Shown here in pieces: positions 7,737-12,758 of a stretch of DNA of 12,758 nucleotides (the first letter of the stretch is position 1; each line of letters opens with the position of its first letter). Below the pieces are notes generated by a model, which worked only from the letters and a program-made list of their open reading frames with translations, made no database searches and was not told the DNA's origin. A program made the position numbers and the translations under genes. Origin of the DNA: a virus (taxonomy: Duplodnaviria; Heunggongvirae; Uroviricota; Caudoviricetes); the IMG/VR virus record IMGVR_UViG_2636415500_000004; one strand, written 5' to 3'.

Positions 7737-8002
7737 GTCACGAAGGAAGTCAGAAAGTAGTCGTAAGAACGGTGATCACTGTCCGCTTTGTGCCAGGAGC
7801 AGCCATTGCTAAGTCCATCCTGTATTGTGCAGGTCAGCTCGTTTTTAAAGAGTCCGGCCATCATCTTACTGGTACAGACACCATATACTTTGTGACGGTC
7901 AGGCTACATATGCACAACTCAACTTATTCATCTATTTTTTGCTTTAGCATGTCAGTGTTGCTTTCTCGTCGGCGGGTGAGCGGTGACCTGACCTGTCGAT
8001 AA
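7697..8002 (+). CDS. ydfV: Questionable ORF (101 aa) divergent from relB, overlapping the relB operator
   Basis: Position and length match the K-12 annotation ydfV as I recall it, but I see no convincing RBS, the start lies inside relO, and the composition is atypical. Listed for completeness. Confidence 0.3.
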   Translation: MSLQVSHYNMLRASHEGSQKVVVRTVITVRFVPGAAIAKSILYCAGQLVFKESGHHLTGTDTIYFVTVRLHMHNSTYSSIFCFSMSVLLSRRRVSGDLTCR

Positions 8003-8154
8003 AGGAACGTAACACGTTTTATGCAACACCCGCATGCGGCAGAAAATTATTGCCGAACGTTTACCCCTGTCAACAAGCTTTACTTTCTGAGGCGCGCCAG
8101 CCCGCGAGGAAAACAATCTGAACATCAAACAATTAATGACACAAGAAATACGAT

Positions 8155-8181
8155 TAAAGATTTTTTTGTGCATGCCGATAG
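8155..8181 (+). promoter_or_regulatory. Sigma-28 (FliA) type promoter upstream of flxA
   Basis: TAAAGATT-N11-GCCGATAG against consensus TAAAGTTT-N11-GCCGATAA; 23 nt upstream of the flxA ATG. Confidence 0.7.
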
Positions 8182-8204
8182 TGCTTTTTTAAAAGGAGAA
8201 ATCT

Positions 8205-8537
8205 ATGTCTGTCACAATTCAGGGAAATACCTCAACCGTTATTTCAAACAACTCCGCCCCGGAAGGAACATCAGAAATAGCCAAAATCACAAGACAAATT
8301 CAGGTGCTGACTGAAAAGCTTGGGAAAATCTCATCGGAAGAGGGGATGACGACACAGCAGAAAAAAGAAATGGCTGCATTGGTACAGAAGCAAATTGAAA
8401 GCCTCTGGGCTCAACTGGAGCAGTTGTTAAGGCAGCAGGCAGAGAAAAAGAATGAAGACGCGACAGTTCAGCCTGATAAAAAAGAAGAGAAAAAAGACGA
8501 TACAAATACCGCTGGCACCATTGATATTTACGTCTAA
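8205..8537 (+). CDS. flxA: FlxA, FliA-regulated protein of unknown function (110 aa)
   Basis: MSVTIQGNTSTVISNNSAPEGTSEIAKITRQIQVLTEKL...; RBS AAGGAG 6 nt upstream; coiled-coil-like Gln/Lys/Glu-rich sequence. Confidence 0.9.
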   Translation: MSVTIQGNTSTVISNNSAPEGTSEIAKITRQIQVLTEKLGKISSEEGMTTQQKKEMAALVQKQIESLWAQLEQLLRQQAEKKNEDATVQPDKKEEKKDDTNTAGTIDIYV

Positions 8538-8551
8538 GTGACAGCCGTATT

Positions 8552-8576
8552 GTGGCCCTCATCGGGCCACTTTTCG
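8552..8576 (+). terminator. Intrinsic terminator after flxA
   Basis: GTGGCCC-TCATC-GGGCCAC followed by TTTTCGCC. Confidence 0.6.
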
Positions 8577-8921
8577 CCATCAGCCTTTTCTTTAAAGACA
8601 TATTATCTTTGTATCATTTCTGATAGTTAACATTACAAGATATAAGTAATGGACGCACTCCCAATTAGTCTATTTAAATCGCCACGAGTTTAACTGACAA
8701 CCCATGATCAATTATGAATTGCAACTATTTCTGTAGTCACTTTTGTGGGGACAGTCCACAAAACTGCCAACTTCCGCTTCTTGCTCTTAGCGGACATTAG
8801 CATAGGCTATTTACCATAACGCCTCATTACGCGCACCGCCCAGACTGACTCAGCGCGTTTCTGGCATATCCCCGGTAAAACAAGTAACAAACCACCCGAA
8901 AATGAACACCAGAAACGCGAC

Positions 8922-9149
8922 TTAAGAATCTACCCTATGAATGGATATGCACTCAACCGAATCGATCTTGGTTTCAATCTTTTTTATCGGGATCAGGCTT
9001 CTTTTTAGGTAACTTCGGGGGCTTAACTTGCTGATGACTTTGCGTTCGGCGCGTAAGCCAGGGATGGTCAGCTTTAGGTTTAACATAGTATTTTGAGCGT
9101 AAATCAATACGGGCATTATCCACTCGTTCATGGACACTCTTTTCATCAT
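8922..9149 (-). CDS. Hypothetical protein (75 aa), last gene of the dicC-ydfX string
   Basis: ORF overlaps the ydfX stop by 4 nt, suggesting co-translation. By synteny this is where K-12 annotates ydfW/intK (integrase remnant), but I cannot recognise integrase motifs in the translation. Confidence 0.45.
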   Translation of the reverse strand: MMKRVSMNEWIMPVLIYAQNTMLNLKLTIPGLRAERKVISKLSPRSYLKRSLIPIKKIETKIDSVECISIHRVDS

Positions 9150-9436
9150 CCAGTGGTAGCCTCCATAATTGCAGGCACTAGCGCCGTGAACTTTTCACGC
9201 TTATCCCTGGTGTCGATAGCCTTCCAGCGTTCAAATATCTTCACTCGATTAACGCCAAGCGCTCGCTGATCAATCGCGCCACCTTCATATGTGACACGCT
9301 GAACATCGATGTTCGGGCGCTCTTTCAAAGCCCAGAATGCTTCAGTGATTAATATCGTCGCCTGCTCCTGTGTCATTCCTGGTCGACATATCCAGGCATC
9401 CAGAGCCTCACGAGCCTGTTCAGGAGTGATTTTCAT
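9146..9436 (-). CDS. ydfX: Prophage protein YdfX (96 aa), function unknown
   Basis: MKITPEQAREALDAWICRPGMTQEQATILI...; start overlaps the dicC 3' end by 17 nt. Confidence 0.78.
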   Translation of the reverse strand: MKITPEQAREALDAWICRPGMTQEQATILITEAFWALKERPNIDVQRVTYEGGAIDQRALGVNRVKIFERWKAIDTRDKREKFTALVPAIMEATTG

Positions 9437-9650
9437 TGTTCAACCGCCCCGCCCGCTTCGTCTTACGATATTCATCATAAACTTTGGGATCATACTGAAG
9501 CTCCCCGCCAGATGCCTCCTGTAGACGCATCGCGCGACCTTCGGGAACTAAATCCCCTTTCCAGCTATAAAGCGAAGCCAAACGAATACCTGCTGCTTGT
9601 GCAAGTTTTGTTTTTGAACCGAAATACAAAAGAGCGTCAGTTTTAAGCAT
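9420..9650 (-). CDS. dicC: Cro-like transcriptional regulator DicC (76 aa)
   Basis: MLKTDALLYFGSKTKLAQAAGIRLASLYSWKGD... with HTH; divergent from dicA; RBS AAGGTG upstream. Confidence 0.9.
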   Translation of the reverse strand: MLKTDALLYFGSKTKLAQAAGIRLASLYSWKGDLVPEGRAMRLQEASGGELQYDPKVYDEYRKTKRAGRLNNENHS

Positions 9651-9733
9651 TTAAAACACCTTTATTGTTAGTCATAACTAACAAGATAGATGTTAACAAA
9701 AACATAGTCAATACGATTTAGCATTAGCTAACT
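9651..9733. promoter_or_regulatory. dicC/dicA divergent control region with operator palindrome
   Basis: Perfect palindrome TTGTTAGT-CATA-ACTAACAA (9665-9684) overlapping a candidate dicC promoter (minus strand -35 TTGACT at 9706-9711, 17-nt spacer, -10 TATCTT at 9683-9688). Further TTAGC/TAGCTAA palindromic elements sit next to the dicA start. Confidence 0.6.
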
Positions 9734-10141
9734 ATGGAAACAAAAAATTTAACTATCGGCGAACGCATCAGGTATCGTCGGAAAAACCTCAAACACACCC
9801 AAAGGTCTCTTGCTAAAGCCCTGAAAATCTCCCATGTGTCTGTATCACAATGGGAACGGGGTGATAGTGAACCTACAGGGAAGAACCTTTTTGCCCTCAG
9901 TAAAGTATTGCAATGCTCACCAACATGGATTCTATTTGGCGATGAAGACAAGCAACCAACACCACCTGTTGAGAAGCCAGTTGCCTTATCCCCCAAAGAA
10001 CTAGAGCTCCTTGAGCTGTTTAATGCACTGCCAGAATCAGAACAGGATACCCAGCTCGCCGAAATGCGAGCTCGAGTAAAAAACTTCAATAAACTCTTTG
10101 AAGAATTACTAAAAGCCCGTCAGCGGACAAATAAAAGATAA
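9734..10141 (+). CDS. dicA: Repressor DicA, XRE-family HTH, P22 c2-like (135 aa)
   Basis: METKNLTIGERIRYRRKNLKHTQRSLAKALKISHVSVSQWERG... classic XRE HTH. Confidence 0.95.
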   Translation: METKNLTIGERIRYRRKNLKHTQRSLAKALKISHVSVSQWERGDSEPTGKNLFALSKVLQCSPTWILFGDEDKQPTPPVEKPVALSPKELELLELFNALPESEQDTQLAEMRARVKNFNKLFEELLKARQRTNKR

Positions 10142-10176
10142 CATCATCAATGAGTTATCTTTTACCACATCAATTA

Positions 10177-10230
10177 TGTTAGCTATAGCATACAAAATCA
10201 CTTGACCGATATGTTAGTCATGGCTAATCT
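10177..10230 (+). promoter_or_regulatory. Promoter of the dicB operon with two operator-like palindromes
   Basis: -35 TTGACC (10202-10207), 17-nt spacer, -10 TAATCT (10225-10230). TGTTAGTCATGGCTAA inside the spacer and TGTTAGCTATAGCATACA just upstream share the TGTTAG half-site with the dicC operator. Confidence 0.55.
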
Positions 10231-10307
10231 TGTTTGCATCAACACACCGCACGGTGTTCTCAGCAAACAGTTCCGCTACCCCAGCGTTAAGGGGAAATGA
10301 GGTCAGC

Positions 10308-10463
10308 ATGGATACTATCGATCTTGGCAACAACGAATCTCTGGTGTACGGCGTGTTTCCAAACCAGGACGGCACGTTCACCGCAATGACGTATACCAAA
10401 AGCAAAACGTTTAAAACCGAAAATGGTGCCCGTCGCTGGCTGGAAAGAAACTCAGGTGAGTGA
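10308..10463 (+). CDS. ydfA: Small protein YdfA (51 aa)
   Basis: MDTIDLGNNESLVYGVFPNQDGTFTAMTYTKSK...; RBS GAGG upstream of ATG 10308. The longer track ORF from 10230 would start inside the promoter. Confidence 0.82.
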   Translation: MDTIDLGNNESLVYGVFPNQDGTFTAMTYTKSKTFKTENGARRWLERNSGE

Positions 10464-10464
10464 T

Positions 10465-10593
10465 ATGGATTTCGACACAATCATGGAAAAGGCTTACGAA
10501 GAATACTTCGAAGGCCTTGCCGAAGGCGAAGAAGCTCTCAGCTTCAGTGAGTTTAAACAGGCGCTTTCCAGTTCGGCAAAATCTAACGGCTGA
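10465..10593 (+). CDS. ydfB: Small acidic protein YdfB (42 aa)
   Basis: Hand translation MDFDTIMEKAYEEYFEGLAEGEEALSFSEFKQALSSSAKSNG. RBS AGGTGA upstream; ATG is 1 nt after the ydfA stop. Confidence 0.82.
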   Translation: MDFDTIMEKAYEEYFEGLAEGEEALSFSEFKQALSSSAKSNG

Positions 10594-10622
10594 TAAGCGA
10601 AACAGCACCGCGAGGAATCAGT

Positions 10623-10841
10623 ATGCAGAAACGAGAACCCGTCATCATCGCGCCAGACTATACCGATGATGAACTTTATGAGTGGATGCGCCAGAAAATT
10701 AATGCAGCGCAGGATCTGAAATGGGCTAATGAAGCCAGGGCTAAGCAGGCTGAAAATCTGTCCGCTCTGGAGCAGGATATCACCAATCTGGAAAAAGCAG
10801 CGGCATTAAGCATTGCCAGAATGATTACATACCCGCGTTAG
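10623..10841 (+). CDS. ydfC: YdfC (72 aa), function unknown
   Basis: MQKREPVIIAPDYTDDELYEWMRQKINAAQ...; RBS GAGGAA 6 nt upstream. Confidence 0.85.
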   Translation: MQKREPVIIAPDYTDDELYEWMRQKINAAQDLKWANEARAKQAENLSALEQDITNLEKAAALSIARMITYPR

Positions 10842-11181
10842 TAGCTAATCAACAAAGCTAAGGTTAGTAATTAAGGAGTTCTCCACGGGTGAGGTGGAGT
10901 GCGTGCGCCGGACACGGGTGCGCATCCGGAACTGACAGTTTACTGAAAGGATATTTCCCTGAAAAGTCAGACCATAACGCGAAAGCGCATGGCGAGGTAG
11001 CTGGTTCATAGATAGCCTGTCGTTAAATTTTCGTCGACCGTGCGCTTCCGGTTGTGGCAACCCGCGAAATGGCGCGGCGGTAAGTATGGCGGGGTTATTC
11101 CTTCCCCGTTGAGGACACCGGGTTGTCAGGTTGACCATACGCTTAAGTGACAACCCCGCTGCAACGCCCTCTGTTATCAAT

Positions 11182-11239
11182 TTTCTGGTGACGTTTGGCG
11201 GTATCAGTTTTACTCCGTGACTGCTCTGCCGCCCTTTTT
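11182..11239 (+). ncRNA. dicF: DicF small regulatory RNA (Hfq-dependent; represses ftsZ and other targets)
   Basis: Sequence UUUCUGGUGACGUUUGGCGGUAUCAGUUUUACUCCGUGACUGCUCUGCCGCCCUUUUU matches DicF as I recall it. Ends in its own terminator hairpin (GGCGG...CCGCC + U5). Lies inside the dicB operon between ydfC and dicB. Confidence 0.85.
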
Positions 11240-11243
11240 AAAG

Positions 11244-11391
11244 TGAATTTTGTGATGTGGTGAATGCGGCTGAGCGCACGCGGAACAGTTAAAACCAAAA
11301 ACAGTGTTATGGGTGGATTCTCTGTATCCGGCGTTAATTGTTAACTGGTTAACGTCACCTGGAGGCACCAGGCACTGCATCACAAAATTCA
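11244..11391 (+). repeat. Perfect 14-bp inverted repeat pair (TGAATTTTGTGATG / CATCACAAAATTCA) forming a long-range stem between dicF and dicB
   Basis: Arms at 11244-11257 and 11378-11391 enclose about 120 nt. The first arm lies about 62-75 nt after the DicF 5' end, consistent with the reported RNase III-dependent longer DicF form. Confidence 0.6.
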
Positions 11392-11408
11392 TTGTTGAGG
11401 ACGCGATA

Positions 11409-11597
11409 ATGAAAACGTTATTACCAAACGTTAATACGTCTGAAGGTTGTTTTGAAATTGGTGTCACTATCAGTAACCCAGTATTTACTGAAGATGCCAT
11501 TAACAAGAGAAAACAAGAACGGGAGCTATTAAATAAAATATGCATTGTTTCAATGCTGGCTCGTTTACGTCTGATGCCAAAAGGATGTGCACAATGA
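11409..11597 (+). CDS. dicB: Cell-division inhibitor DicB (62 aa)
   Basis: MKTLLPNVNTSEGCFEIGVTISNPVFTEDAINKRKQERELLNKICIVSMLARLRLMPKGCAQ; RBS GAGGA 7 nt upstream. The longer track ORF from 11304 is rejected. Confidence 0.92.
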   Translation: MKTLLPNVNTSEGCFEIGVTISNPVFTEDAINKRKQERELLNKICIVSMLARLRLMPKGCAQ

Positions 11598-11785
11598 ATT
11601 CAGCATTTGTGCTTGTTCTGACAGTTTTTCTTGTTTCCGGAGAGCCAGTTGATATTGCAGTCAGTGTTCACAGGACAATGCAGGAGTGTATGACTGCAGC
11701 AACCGAACAGAAAATTCCCGGTAACTGTTACCCGGTCGATAAAGTTATTCACCAGGATAATATCGAAATCCCGGCAGGTCTTTAA
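11594..11785 (+). CDS. ydfD: YdfD (63 aa), small membrane-anchored protein reported to cause lysis when overexpressed
   Basis: MNSAFVLVLTVFLVSGEPVDIAVSVHRTMQECMTAATEQKIPGNCYPVDKVIHQDNIEIPAGL with N-terminal TM segment. ATGA overlap with the dicB stop; RBS AAGGA upstream. Confidence 0.85.
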   Translation: MNSAFVLVLTVFLVSGEPVDIAVSVHRTMQECMTAATEQKIPGNCYPVDKVIHQDNIEIPAGL

Positions 11786-11877
11786 AACAGTTCCGTAATA
11801 AATATCCGGTTTCATTCTTATATGCCAGCAATGGCAGGGATTTGTTCATCCTTAAATCTGTCATGAGGTTAAAACAA

Positions 11878-12642
11878 ATGAGTAAAGTCTTTATTTGCGC
11901 CGCTATTCCTGACGAACTGGCAACAAGGGAAGAAGGCGCTGTGGCTGTAGCCACAGCCATTGAAGCTGGCGACGAACGCCGTGCTCGAGCAAAATTTCAC
12001 TGGCAATTCCTGGAACATTATCCGGCTGCTCAGGACTGCGCTTATAAATTTATTGTCTGCGAGGATAAACCTGGCATACCCCGCCCTGCCCTCGATTCAT
12101 GGGATGCTGAATATATGCAGGAAAACCGCTGGGATGAGGAGTCTGCTTCTTTTGTCCCGGTTGAGACTGAATCCGATCCGATGAACGTCACTTTTGACAA
12201 GCTGGCCCCTGAAGTACAGAACGCTGTCATGGTTAAGTTCGACACATGTGAAAACATCACCGTTGATATGGTTATTAGCGCACAGGAATTGTTGCAGGAA
12301 GACATGGCAACATTCGACGGACATATCGTTGAAGCGTTGATGAAAATGCCAGAAGTTAACGCCATGTATCCGGAGCTTAAGTTGCACGCCATTGGGTGGG
12401 TTAAGCATAAATGTATTCCTGGTGCTAAATGGCCCGAAATTCAGGCAGAGATGCGCATCTGGAAAAAACGTCGCGAAGGTGAACGCAAGGAAACCGGAAA
12501 ATACACGTCTGTTGTTGATCTCGCCCGCGCCAGAGCCAATCAACAGTACACTGAAAATTCAACAGGAAAAATCAGCCCGGTCATTGCTGCCATTCATCGC
12601 GAATACAAGCAGACATGGAAAACACTGGATGACGAACTGGCC
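11878..12642 (+). pseudogene. ydfE: ydfE, prophage gene truncated at its 3' end by an IS2 fragment
   Basis: Hand-translated ORF from ATG 11878 (MSKVFICAAIPDELATREEGAVAVATAIEAG...) with RBS GAGGT. Native coding sequence continues to about 12642, after which the same frame reads out-of-frame IS2 sequence to the window edge. Confidence 0.7.
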
Positions 12643-12758
12643 TATGGGCGCTGCTTCGCAGACAGGCAGAACTTGATGGTATGCCTGCGATCAATGCCAA
12701 ACGTGTTTACCGGATCATGCGCCAGAATGCGCTGTTGCTTGAGCGAAAACCTGCTGTA
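12643..12758 (+). mobile_element. insD: Internal fragment of an IS2-family transposase gene (insD/orfB), 5'-truncated, continuing beyond the window
   Basis: Frame 3 translates to [38 protein letters not shown], matching IS2 InsD as I recall it. No IS2 terminal inverted repeat or insC precedes it, so this is a remnant rather than a complete element. Confidence 0.8.

Noticed and set aside
7952-8601. ORFs at 7952-8173 (-), 8021-8314 (+) and 8287-8601 (-) around flxA
   Set aside because: Overlap the flxA promoter or coding sequence, or lie antisense to it; no RBS.
9309-9524. 71-aa plus-strand ORF antisense to ydfX and dicC
   Set aside because: Antisense to two overlapping supported genes.
9724-10089. 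121-aa minus-strand ORF antisense to dicA
   Set aside because: Ser-rich low-complexity translation, antisense to a clear HTH repressor gene.
10214-10669. Minus-strand ORFs (88, 65 aa), the plus-strand ORF at 10460-10669, and the long form of ydfA starting at 10230
   Set aside because: They overlap ydfA/ydfB/ydfC in other frames, or begin inside the promoter; the short RBS-supported forms are preferred.
10845-11180. 111-aa minus-strand ORF spanning the GC-rich spacer upstream of dicF
   Set aside because: Arg-rich artefact of GC-rich structured sequence; no RBS; antisense to the dicB operon transcript.
11210-11545. 111-aa minus-strand ORF and the 97-aa long form of dicB (from 11304)
   Set aside because: The minus ORF is antisense to dicF and dicB; the long dicB form starts inside the inverted-repeat region without an RBS, whereas ATG 11409 has one.
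11540-12676. 81-aa long form of ydfD; minus-strand ORFs at 11600-11815, 11745-11960, 12042-12392, 12097-12543; plus-strand ORFs at 11960-12184 and 12392-12676
   Set aside because: The long ydfD form would overlap dicB by 58 nt without an RBS. The others overlap ydfE or ydfD in other frames or strands.

Overview
This window reads as an internal segment of a cryptic lambdoid prophage of Escherichia coli; gene content and order match what I recall of the K-12 Qin prophage. All calls come from reading the sequence and ORF translations and from memory of protein families; no database search was run. Left to right: (1) cold-shock paralog cspI; (2) a minus-strand lysis cassette essQ (pinholin), ydfR, rrrQ (SAR-type endolysin), rzpQ with embedded rzoQ (spanins); (3) an AT-rich cargo island with a 56-aa zinc-ribbon mini-protein, divergent cspB and cspF, and a 29-aa hydrophobic ORF; (4) Q-like antiterminator quuQ with a candidate late promoter and terminator just downstream, then ydfU (HNH-like C-terminus), a 92-aa upstream ORF and rem; (5) the relB-relE-hokD toxin-antitoxin operon with its operator palindrome; (6) flxA behind a sigma-28-type promoter; (7) the immunity-like region dicC/dicA with operator palindromes; (8) the dicB operon ydfA-ydfB-ydfC-dicF(sRNA)-dicB-ydfD-ydfE, with ydfE cut off by an internal IS2 fragment at the right edge. 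No CRISPR array, tRNA or rRNA was seen. I do not see evidence of a wholly new system; the least-explained parts are the 340-nt GC-rich structured spacer upstream of dicF, two small ORFs with good ribosome-binding sites, and the ORF abutting the ydfU start.
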